A DNA stretch of 64,000 nt from an uncultured Bacillota bacterium (GTDB taxonomy: Bacteria > Sysuimicrobiota > Sysuimicrobiia > Sysuimicrobiales > Segetimicrobiaceae): the NCBI GenBank assembly GCA_963804645.1, contig CAWDRG010000009.1:256001-320000 (forward strand), in the 5' to 3' direction. The notes below the pieces were generated by a model. It made no database searches, had not been told where the DNA came from, and was given only the letters and a program-made list of their open reading frames with translations. Position 1 is the first letter of the stretch; each line of letters starts with the position of its first letter. The position numbers and the translations under genes were made by a program. Positions 56,547 to 64,000 of the stretch are shown in pieces.

Positions 56547-56984
56547 CTACGCGCACGGCTGCGCGGCCTCTCCGGAGACGGCCGCGAGCAGGCGCGTCCA
56601 CGACAGGAGCCCGACGAGGCGCTCCCCGTCCATCACGGGCAGCACCCGCGCGCCCGCCCGGCGCATCGCGATCGCCGCCGCGGCGAGCGGCGCATCCGGT
56701 GCCACCGCTTCCGCCGACGCCGTCGCGCGCGCCACCGTCAGCCGGTCCAGCACGTCGCGCATCTCGTACACGTCGAGCGTCGTCGCCTCCGACGGCGTGA
56801 AGCGAAGCAGCGAGGCCTCGTCCACGAGCCCGACGAATCGCCGCCCGTCGAGCACCGCGAGCGCCTGCGCGCGGTGCTCGCGCAGCAGACGCAGGGCCGT
56901 CCCGATGCCTGTCCGCGGCGTGATCACCGGCAGCGGCACCGCCATCCAATCACGCACGCGCTCGTCGACGAAGTTCACAGCCAT
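56547..56984 (-). CDS. Tandem CBS-domain protein (AcuB-like)
   Basis: VRDWM..P, AVLDGRRFVGLV, PSEATTLDVYE and LPVMDGERLVGLLS motifs. Confidence 0.85.
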   Translation of the reverse strand: MAVNFVDERVRDWMAVPLPVITPRTGIGTALRLLREHRAQALAVLDGRRFVGLVDEASLLRFTPSEATTLDVYEMRDVLDRLTVARATASAEAVAPDAPLAAAAIAMRRAGARVLPVMDGERLVGLLSWTRLLAAVSGEAAQPCA

Positions 56985-57103
56985 CTCACTCACCTCACAC
57001 CGTCTTGTGGCGTCCGCCACAGCGTACCCCGCGAGCCGTCCTTCATCTATCCGCTTCCCGCAGGCAAACCGCCCCGGCACTTGCCTCTTGCCATCCCTGC
57101 ATC

Positions 57104-57178
57104 TAACCTGCTATAGTGTTCTTACTGGTGATACGGTACCACATGAATTATAACCTGTCAATAGCTTGATGGGGGTTA
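57104..57178. promoter_or_regulatory. Two TAACC-N18-GGT(T/G)A inverted-repeat operators in an AT-rich divergent promoter region
   Basis: Copies at 57104-57131 (TAACC-N18-GGTGA) and 57151-57178 (TAACC-N18-GGTTA). Confidence 0.65.
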
Positions 57179-57210
57179 AGAGTAAGATAACCCTGAGTGA
57201 GGCGGGTGCC

Positions 57211-57858
57211 GTGACCGAGACGTCTGAACGATCAGAGTACACGTTCGACTTGTCCGGCGGCCTCTTGTGTCTGGATTTCGTGAACACGGTCAGCGGGTCG
57301 CGCGCCCGCCCCACCGAGCGGCTTCACTCGCACCGGGACTTGCTGTCCTGGGCCCGTCAGGCGCGCGTCGTTGCGGAGGACGAGATCGGGCGGCTCGCGC
57401 GAGAGGCGCAGCGGCGGCCGGGCGACGCGGCCCGGGCGCTCGACGACGCGCTCGGCCTTCGCGAGGCCCTGTTCCGGATCCTCACCGCCCGGATCGAGCT
57501 CCGCGCCCCCGATCGGGCGGATCTGAACCTCTTGAACGCCTGGCTGTCCCGCGCACTCGCGCATCAGCGGATCGCCGAAACACCGGATGGGTTCGCGTGG
57601 ACGTGGGACGACCACGGCGGCGCACTCGAGCGGATCGTGTGGCCCGTCATCCGATCGGCCGCGGACCTGCTGACGTCGCCGGACCTGCGCCGCGTGCGCC
57701 GGTGCGCCGGACCGACCTGCGACTGGCTGTTCATGGACACGAGCCGGAACCATACGCGCCGGTGGTGCGACATGGACAGCTGCGGCAACCGCGCCAAGGC
57801 CCGGCGGTACTACGAGCGCCACCGGGCGCACGCGAACACACCCGAGTCGGCGGACTGA
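57211..57858 (+). CDS. ABATE / CGNR zinc-finger protein (putative regulator)
   Basis: GGLLCLDFVNT and C-terminal RRCAGPTCDWLFMDTSRNHTRRWCDMDSCGNRAKARR. Confidence 0.93.
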   Translation: MTETSERSEYTFDLSGGLLCLDFVNTVSGSRARPTERLHSHRDLLSWARQARVVAEDEIGRLAREAQRRPGDAARALDDALGLREALFRILTARIELRAPDRADLNLLNAWLSRALAHQRIAETPDGFAWTWDDHGGALERIVWPVIRSAADLLTSPDLRRVRRCAGPTCDWLFMDTSRNHTRRWCDMDSCGNRAKARRYYERHRAHANTPESAD

Positions 57859-57876
57859 CCGCGCGCGCCGGCCGGA

Positions 57877-59298
57877 CGTGTCAAGTCATTAAAGAACCTT
57901 ACCGGAGAGGGTATCGTCAGGTCATTTAAGTTCTTACCGCGGAACCGGCGGTGGCGCGACGATCCTGTCGCTTGGCAAACAACCAGTCGTTGTTCCAGTG
58001 GTGCGCGCGCGGCTGGAACCGCGCGTCGACCGGGCTGGCCTCTGGGGTGCTGGCGCGGGGACTGTGACGCCGGTTGGCCAGCTGATAGATGCGCTCGAGC
58101 TTGCGATCGATGGCGGCCCCCAAGGCGAAGGGATCGATCTTGGCCCGCAGGCGCGCTAAGGTCCGGAGTTGTCGCGGATCGCCCTGTTTGGAGGCGAGGA
58201 GCCGATCCACGGGCGTTTGCGCGCGATCGTAGGTCCGGTGGACCTTGGCGCCGACCCGCGTCTTGCCGACCAGCTTGACCGACGGCTGAAAGAGGTTCAT
58301 CATCAGGCGCAGTTCGTGGCGGTAGAGGTCGTTGATCGCCGTGAGCGCCTCGGCGGAGTCGTAGCGGTCCCAGCCCAACAGCTTGCGCACGTGGGTCCAG
58401 TTTTTCTGCTCCACGTGGGCGTTGTCGTTTTTCTTGTAGGGCCGGCTGCGGGTGAACTCGATCTTCGACCCTCGGCAATACTCCCACACCACGGTGTTGA
58501 TGAACTCCGAGCCATTGTCGGAATCGAGGCCGCGGAGCGCAAAGGGCAGCGCCGCCCGCAGCTCCGCGAGCGCCCGCTGCACGCCGCGCTGCGTCTTGCT
58601 CAGGAGGGCCCGAGACTCCACCCACCCCGTCTGGATGTCCGTCAGGTTGAGCGATTGGAGGAAGTCCCCCACGGCCGAGTTGCCGGAATGGGAGACCAAG
58701 TCGACTTCCACGAAGCCGGGGGCCGTGACGTCCCAGTGCTCGGTGCGGACGGGGATATGGCTCTTGAGCAACGTGCCAGGCTTGGTGCGGCCGTAGAGCC
58801 GACGGCGGATCTGGCGCTTCCGACTGCGCAGGCGCCGGTCGATCGTACTGGGACTCATCTTGGGGAGCGCACGCAGCACCGCCCGCGGGATGGTGAAATG
58901 ACGGCGGGCCCAGGGCAACCAGAGCGGCAGCAGCGCCTGGAGCCGTGCGGACCAGGGGTATCCCGCGGCCTCCCAAATCGCCGCGAGCACGGTGACCGTC
59001 TGCTCGGCATAGACGGGCTGCCGACGGCGTGGGGGGGCCGGTGTGGGCAACGGGCCGTTTAGCACCGTGATCGCGTATTTGCGATGGTACCCGGTCGTGG
59101 CACAGAATTCGTCCAGGATCGCGCGCCGGTGTTTGCGCGGCGCAAGCGTGTAGCGTGGGCGAACGGCGCGGACGTATTCGCGACGAGCGGCAGGGGTCAC
59201 CGGGGCCTCCGGGGCGATAGACTGGGACGGCGCGCCCGGTAAGATCCTTCGTGATTTGACGATGCGGCTCATAGTAAGATTTTAGGTGAGTTGATTCG
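57877..59298 (-). mobile_element. Insertion sequence with integrase-core (rve) transposase (ISNCY/IS481-like)
   Basis: Imperfect inverted ends CGTGTCAAGTCA and CGAATCAACTCA, a 5-bp direct repeat CCGGA at 57872-57876 and 59299-59303, and two subterminal repeats per end. Confidence 0.8.
57926..59272 (-). CDS. DDE transposase (integrase core domain)
   Basis: ILDEFCATTGYHRKYAI, PGFVEVDLVSH, LDSDNGSEFIN and FTRSRPYKKNDNAHVEQKN. The frame is intact. Confidence 0.92.
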   Translation of the reverse strand: MSRIVKSRRILPGAPSQSIAPEAPVTPAARREYVRAVRPRYTLAPRKHRRAILDEFCATTGYHRKYAITVLNGPLPTPAPPRRRQPVYAEQTVTVLAAIWEAAGYPWSARLQALLPLWLPWARRHFTIPRAVLRALPKMSPSTIDRRLRSRKRQIRRRLYGRTKPGTLLKSHIPVRTEHWDVTAPGFVEVDLVSHSGNSAVGDFLQSLNLTDIQTGWVESRALLSKTQRGVQRALAELRAALPFALRGLDSDNGSEFINTVVWEYCRGSKIEFTRSRPYKKNDNAHVEQKNWTHVRKLLGWDRYDSAEALTAINDLYRHELRLMMNLFQPSVKLVGKTRVGAKVHRTYDRAQTPVDRLLASKQGDPRQLRTLARLRAKIDPFALGAAIDRKLERIYQLANRRHSPRASTPEASPVDARFQPRAHHWNNDWLFAKRQDRRATAGSAVRT

Positions 59299-59324
59299 CC
59301 GGATTCCCCGGCGCGCGTGGCCTC

Positions 59325-59333
59325 TGGTATAGT
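59325..59333 (+). promoter_or_regulatory. Extended -10 element; probable leaderless rsmI transcript
   Basis: TGGTATAGT lies 6 nt before GTG 59340. Confidence 0.6.
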
Positions 59334-59339
59334 GGGAGC

Positions 59340-60215
59340 GTGACGCCCGCCGGCACGCTGTATCTCGTCGCCACTCCCATCGGCAACCTCGAGGACATCA
59401 CGCTCCGCGCCCTCCGGGTCCTGCGGGAGGCGGCGGTGATCGCCGCGGAAGATACGCGGCACACGCGCAAGCTCCTGACGCACCACAACATCCCCGCGCG
59501 GCTCATCAGCCTGCACGAGCACAACGAGACCGAACGCATCCCCGAGCTGCTGGCCCGCCTGCAGGCGGGCGAATCGATCGCGCTGGTCTCCGACGCCGGC
59601 ACGCCGGGCCTCAGCGACCCGGGCACGTCGCTCATCGCCGCGGCCGCCGCGGCCCGCGTGCCGGTGGTCCCGATCCCCGGCCCCAGCGCGCTCGTGGCCG
59701 CGCTTGTCTCCTCGGGACTGCCGACGGCCCCCGTCACCTTTCTCGGCTTTCTGCCGAGTTCGCCCTCGGAGCGCCGGCGCGTGCTGCAGGAGGCCGGCGC
59801 CCTGCCGCACACGCTGGTGCTGTACGAGGCGCCCCACCGGCTCCGGCGCGCGCTCGCCGCGATGTGCGAGGTGTGGGGAGACCGACAGGTGGCCGTCGCG
59901 CGCGAACTGACGAAGCTGCACGAAGAGGTGTTCAGGGGCCGCCTGCGCGAAGCGTTGGAGCATTTTTCGCAGACGCCGCCCCGCGGGGAGTTCACGCTCG
60001 TCGTCGAGGGCGCGTCCGACGGCGACCACGCGGCGCCGGGGCCGGAACCCGCCCCCGCGCAAGCCGAGGACGCCGCCCGTGCCGCGCTGAGGACCGCGCT
60101 GGCCGAAGGCCAGGCGCCGTTCGAGGCCGTGCGCCGCGCCGCGCGCGCGAGCGGGCTCAGGCGGAACCAAGTCTACCGGCTGTGGCTCGCGATCAAGCAG
60201 GAGGCTGCCCGATGA
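59340..60215 (+). CDS. rsmI: 16S rRNA (cytidine1402-2'-O)-methyltransferase
   Basis: LYLVATPIGNLEDIT, AEDTR, SDAGTP..SDPG, YEAPHR and RELTKLHEE motifs. Confidence 0.96.
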   Translation: MTPAGTLYLVATPIGNLEDITLRALRVLREAAVIAAEDTRHTRKLLTHHNIPARLISLHEHNETERIPELLARLQAGESIALVSDAGTPGLSDPGTSLIAAAAAARVPVVPIPGPSALVAALVSSGLPTAPVTFLGFLPSSPSERRRVLQEAGALPHTLVLYEAPHRLRRALAAMCEVWGDRQVAVARELTKLHEEVFRGRLREALEHFSQTPPRGEFTLVVEGASDGDHAAPGPEPAPAQAEDAARAALRTALAEGQAPFEAVRRAARASGLRRNQVYRLWLAIKQEAAR

Positions 60216-61354
60216 AGACCGTCCACACCGCGGGGGACGAGACCGAGGCCCTGATGCTCCAGGGGTTGCTCGAGGGCGCCGGCATCCCCGTCGTGCTGCG
60301 GTCGCGGCAGATCTCGGGCTACGGCGACGTGATCGAGCGCGCGATCGGCGTGTGGGGCGACCTCCTGGTCCCCGACGAGCGGGAGCCCGAGGCGCGCGCC
60401 CTCGTGACCGGGTTCCTCGCCTCGTCGCAGCGCGGCGAAGGCGCCGCCCCGGCGCGCGTGAGCGGCATCGTCGTGCCGATCGTCACGCTGTTCGACGAGC
60501 GCGGGCAGGTAGACGAGCCGGCCAACGTCCGCCACATCGAGTGGCTGCTGCAGCACGGCGTGCACGGCCTGTTCGCGCTCGGCACCACCGGCGAGTTCAC
60601 GTCGCTCTCGCCGGACGAGCGGCGCGCGTTCGCGGAGCTGGCCGTGCGGACCGCGCGCGGCCGCGTCCCCGTCCTGATCGGCGTCGGCAGCCCCGCGACC
60701 GACGAAGCGATCGCGTACGCGGAGCACGCCGAGGAGATCGGCGCGGACGGGGTCGTCGCGGTTCTCCCCTACTATTGGATCCCGCCGGACCGCTCGATCT
60801 ACGAGCACTTCCGGCTGCTCTCGATCGGCACCGCCCTCCCGGTCTACATCTACAACTTCCCGGCGCTGACCGGGCGCAGCATTCCGCCGAAGCTCGTGGC
60901 GCGGCTCGCGGCCGACCGCCCGAACATCGTCGGCCTCAAGGACACGGTCGACAGCATCGCCCACATCCAGGAGACACTGACCCTCGTCCGCGCGGTCCGC
61001 CCCGAGTTCTCGGTGCTGTGCGGCATGGAAACCCATCTGCTGAACACGCTGCTCGTCGGCGGCGACGGCGGCGTGCCGGGGTGCGGCAACTTCATGCCGG
61101 ACCCGTTCGTGCGAATCTACAACACCGCGACCGCGGGGCGCATCCTCGACGCGGTGGAGCACGCCCGCGCGATCACGTCGATCTCCCTGCTGTTTGACGG
61201 CTCCGCTCCCGCGTTCGTCGTGGTCAAGGAAGCGATGGTGATGGCCGGCCTCATCCCGCACGCGATGGCCCGGACGCCCGCGCTGCCCTTGACCGAGGAT
61301 GAGCGGCGCCGGCTGCGCGAGGACCTCTCGGCGCTCGGAGTCGGCGTCCGATGA
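60212..61354 (+). CDS. DapA/NanA-family aldolase with N-terminal DUF2007-like domain
   Basis: Residues 1-75 include EALMLQGLLEGAGIPV...LLVP...EARAL. Then GTTGE, YIYNFP and IVGLKD (Schiff-base Lys). Confidence 0.82.
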   Translation: MKTVHTAGDETEALMLQGLLEGAGIPVVLRSRQISGYGDVIERAIGVWGDLLVPDEREPEARALVTGFLASSQRGEGAAPARVSGIVVPIVTLFDERGQVDEPANVRHIEWLLQHGVHGLFALGTTGEFTSLSPDERRAFAELAVRTARGRVPVLIGVGSPATDEAIAYAEHAEEIGADGVVAVLPYYWIPPDRSIYEHFRLLSIGTALPVYIYNFPALTGRSIPPKLVARLAADRPNIVGLKDTVDSIAHIQETLTLVRAVRPEFSVLCGMETHLLNTLLVGGDGGVPGCGNFMPDPFVRIYNTATAGRILDAVEHARAITSISLLFDGSAPAFVVVKEAMVMAGLIPHAMARTPALPLTEDERRRLREDLSALGVGVR

Positions 61355-62655
61355 ACGGGGGCGGCGCCCCCGACGTGCTCCGCATCGGCCTGCTCGGGTG
61401 CGGGACCGTGGGGGGCAGCGTGATCCGCCTCCTCCGCACGAACGGCGCCGAAATCCGGCGCCGCACGGGCGCGACGCTGCGCGTCGTCCGGGTCGCGGTC
61501 GCGCACCCGGAGAAGAGCCGGGGGCTCGTGTTCGAACCGGGCGTCCTCACCGGCGACGCGGCCGAGGTCGTCGCCGATCCCAACGTGGACGCCGTGGCCG
61601 AGGTGATGGGCGGCGTGGATCCCGCCCGCGCGCTGCTCCTCGACGCGTTCAAGCGGGGCAAGAGCGTCGTCACCGCCAACAAGCAGTTGATCGCGCGGCA
61701 CGGCCCCGAGCTGTTCGCGGCGGCCGCGCGCGCCGGCGCCGATCTCCGGCTCGAGGCAAGCGTGGGCGGCGGCCTCCCGGTGATCCAACCGCTGAAGGAG
61801 TCGCTGGCCGCCAACCGCATCACCGAGCTGTGGGGGATCCTCAACGGCACCACCAACTACATCTTGACGAAGATGGGCGAGGAGGGCTGGGAGTACGCGC
61901 GCGCGCTCGAAGACGCCCAGCGCCTCGGGTTCGCCGAGGCCGACCCGACCGAGGACGTGGACGGGCACGACGCGGCGGCGAAGCTCGCGATCCTGTCGAC
62001 GATCGCGTTCCACACGCCGGTCGCGGTCGATGCGGTGTACCGCGAAGGCATCCGCGGGGTGACCCCGCAGGACATCGCGTTCGCGCGGGAGCTCGGGTTC
62101 GCGGTGAAGCTGCTCGGCATCGCCCGCGACCGCGAGGGGCGCGTCGAGGCGCACGTGCACCCCGCGTTTCTCCCGCTCGACCATCCGCTGGCGGCGATCC
62201 GGAACGAACTGAACGCGCTGTTCATCCGCGGGGACTTCGCGGGCGAGGTGATGACCGTCGGGCGCGGCGCCGGCGGCGACCCGACGGCCAGCGCGGTCGT
62301 CGCGGACCTGATCGACACCGCCCGCAACCGGCTGACCGGCGCGCACGGCCGCGTCGGGTGGAGCGCGCTCGACCCGCGGCCGATGCGGCCGATCGACGAG
62401 ACCGCCTCGCCGTTCTACCTCCTGATGCAGGTGACCGATCGCCCCGGCGTGTTCGCGCGCCTCGCCGCGATCTTCGGCGAAGAGGGCGTGAGCATCGCGT
62501 CGATCGGCCAGAAGAGCCGGGGCCTCACCGCCGAGATCATCCTGATCACGCACACCACGCTCGAATCGCAGATGCAGCGCGTGCTGCACCGGATCAAAGA
62601 GCTGGACGTCCTGCACGCGGTGCGCAGCGCGATCCGCGTCGTGGGCGAGGTCTGA
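61351..62655 (+). CDS. hom: Homoserine dehydrogenase with ACT domain
   Basis: GCGTVG, VVTANK, EASVGGG.P, NGTTNYIL, EADPT.DVDG.D and DRPGV motifs. Confidence 0.96.
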   Translation: MNGGGAPDVLRIGLLGCGTVGGSVIRLLRTNGAEIRRRTGATLRVVRVAVAHPEKSRGLVFEPGVLTGDAAEVVADPNVDAVAEVMGGVDPARALLLDAFKRGKSVVTANKQLIARHGPELFAAAARAGADLRLEASVGGGLPVIQPLKESLAANRITELWGILNGTTNYILTKMGEEGWEYARALEDAQRLGFAEADPTEDVDGHDAAAKLAILSTIAFHTPVAVDAVYREGIRGVTPQDIAFARELGFAVKLLGIARDREGRVEAHVHPAFLPLDHPLAAIRNELNALFIRGDFAGEVMTVGRGAGGDPTASAVVADLIDTARNRLTGAHGRVGWSALDPRPMRPIDETASPFYLLMQVTDRPGVFARLAAIFGEEGVSIASIGQKSRGLTAEIILITHTTLESQMQRVLHRIKELDVLHAVRSAIRVVGEV

Positions 62656-62657
62656 GG

Positions 62658-63761
62658 GTGACCGCCGCACCGCCCGCACCCGGCGAACCCGCGCGACCCT
62701 GGCGCGGGGTGATCGAGGAGTATCGGGCGTACCTGCCGGTCACGGAGGCGAGCCCGGTCATCACCCTGCTCGAGGGCGCGACGCCGCTCGTGCACGCCTC
62801 GCGCCTCGAGCGGCGCCTCCGCGGCGTCACGGTCTATCTCAAGAACGAAGGCACCAACCCCACGGGCTCGTTCAAGGACCGCGGCATGACGCTGGCGATC
62901 TCCAAGGCGGTCGAGGAGGGCAGCCACGCGGTCGTGTGCGCGAGCACCGGCAACACCTCCGCGTCCGCGTCGGCGTACGCCGCCCGCGCCGGCCTGCCGT
63001 GCTTCGTCGTCCTCCCCGCGGGCGGCGTGGCGCTCGGGAAATTGGTCCAGGCGCTCGCCCACGGCGCGCGGGTCGTGCCGATCGAGGGCTCGTTCGACGA
63101 CGCGCTGCGCATCGTCCGCGAGGGCGGGCCGCGCTTCAGGCTGACGATCGTCAACTCCGTAAATCCGTACCGCATCGAGGGGCAGAAGACCGGCGCGTTC
63201 GAGGTCGCGGACACGCTCGGCCGCGCCCCCGACGTGCTCGCGATCCCGGTCGGGAACGCCGGCAACATCACCGCGTACTGGCGGGGCTTCGTCGAGTACC
63301 ACCGCGCCGGCCGCACCACCTCGCGCCCGCAGATGTGGGGGTACCAGGCCGCGGGCGCCGCGCCGTTCGTGCTCGGCCGGCCGGTCGAGCATCCGCAGAC
63401 GATCGCGTCGGCGATCCAGATCGGCCGACCGGCGTCCTGGGACGGCGCGCAGGCGGCGGTGCGCGAGTCCGGCGGCAGCTTCGAGGCGGTGACCGACGAG
63501 GAGCTGCTCAGCGCGCGCGCGCTGCTCGCGCACGAAGAGGGCGTCTTCGTCGAGCCCTCCTCGGCGGCGCCCGTCGCGGGGCTGCTCAGGCGCGCGCGCG
63601 AGGGCCGCCTGCCCGAGGGCCTCGTGATCGTGTGCGTGCTCACCGGCCACGGCCTCAAGGATCCCGAGGCGGTGCTCCGCACCGAGCGGCGCCCCGACCC
63701 GGTGCCCGCGACCCTGGACGCGCTCGAGCGCCTCGTGGGCGAGGTCCTGGTCGCACGATGA
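62658..63761 (+). CDS. thrC: Threonine synthase
   Basis: EGATPL, NPTGSFKDRG, ASTGNTS, PVGNAGN and TGHGLKDP motifs. Confidence 0.96.
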   Translation: MTAAPPAPGEPARPWRGVIEEYRAYLPVTEASPVITLLEGATPLVHASRLERRLRGVTVYLKNEGTNPTGSFKDRGMTLAISKAVEEGSHAVVCASTGNTSASASAYAARAGLPCFVVLPAGGVALGKLVQALAHGARVVPIEGSFDDALRIVREGGPRFRLTIVNSVNPYRIEGQKTGAFEVADTLGRAPDVLAIPVGNAGNITAYWRGFVEYHRAGRTTSRPQMWGYQAAGAAPFVLGRPVEHPQTIASAIQIGRPASWDGAQAAVRESGGSFEAVTDEELLSARALLAHEEGVFVEPSSAAPVAGLLRRAREGRLPEGLVIVCVLTGHGLKDPEAVLRTERRPDPVPATLDALERLVGEVLVAR

Positions 63762-64000
63762 TCCGCGTGCGCGTGCCCGCCACCTCCGCCAACCTCGGTC
63801 CGGGGTTCGACGCACTCGGCCTCGCCCTGCGCCTGCACAACATCCTCGAGCTCGAGCCCGCGGACGCGCCGGCGATCGAAGTGCACGGCGAGGGCGCGGG
63901 CACGCTGCCCCGCGATCCGTCGCATCTCGCGTACCGCGCGGCGCTGGCGGTCCACGCGCGTGCCGGGCGCGCGGCCCGCGCCTTCCGGATCCGGCAGCAC
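63758..64000 (+). CDS. thrB: Homoserine kinase (5' part, runs off window)
   Basis: Manual translation MIRVRVPATSANLGPGFDALGLAL; ATG overlaps the thrC stop. Confidence 0.92.
   Translation, partial: MIRVRVPATSANLGPGFDALGLALRLHNILELEPADAPAIEVHGEGAGTLPRDPSHLAYRAALAVHARAGRAARAFRIRQH

Noticed and set aside
57072..57100. GGCAAACC nearby, suggesting a c-di-GMP-I riboswitch
   Set aside because: The GAAA tetraloop and second stem are not present.
1..64000. CRISPR arrays, rRNA, tRNA, prophage or known defence systems
   Set aside because: No regularly spaced repeats, RNA gene signatures or phage genes were seen by eye. The IrrE-like genes lack CBASS or toxin-antitoxin neighbours.

Overview
GC-rich bacterial chromosomal window; the taxon cannot be fixed from sequence alone. 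Left to right it holds: the 5' part of pstS behind a Pho-box-like promoter; a broken IS4-family element with ~150-bp inverted ends; an RraA-like aldolase with a peptide/nickel-type ABC cassette; an HD-GYP protein; two non-canonical IrrE/ImmA-family proteins flanking an S41 protease and a secreted phosphoesterase; an sppA/MBL hydrolase/glycerate kinase/glgA/GalT-like run; a second ABC cassette with two amidohydrolases; an M32 carboxypeptidase; glcDFE plus an MFS transporter; two convergent glycogen/trehalose operons (treY-glgX-GH57 and glgE-treS/mak-treZ); a four-gene Tat-exported type II DMSO-reductase-family molybdoenzyme; an HhH glycosylase; a CBS/CGNR divergon; an intact integrase-core IS; rsmI; a DUF2007-DapA-like fusion; and hom-thrC-thrB. 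No rRNA, tRNA or CRISPR array was seen. The best novelty candidates are the periplasmic NarG-like molybdoenzyme with an altered active-site loop, the two IrrE-like proteins lacking HExxH, the shared Pho-type promoter architecture and the paired TAACC-N18-GGTTA operators. Several isolated single-base frameshifts suggest the assembly carries indel errors. All family calls come from motif recognition by eye, not database searches.
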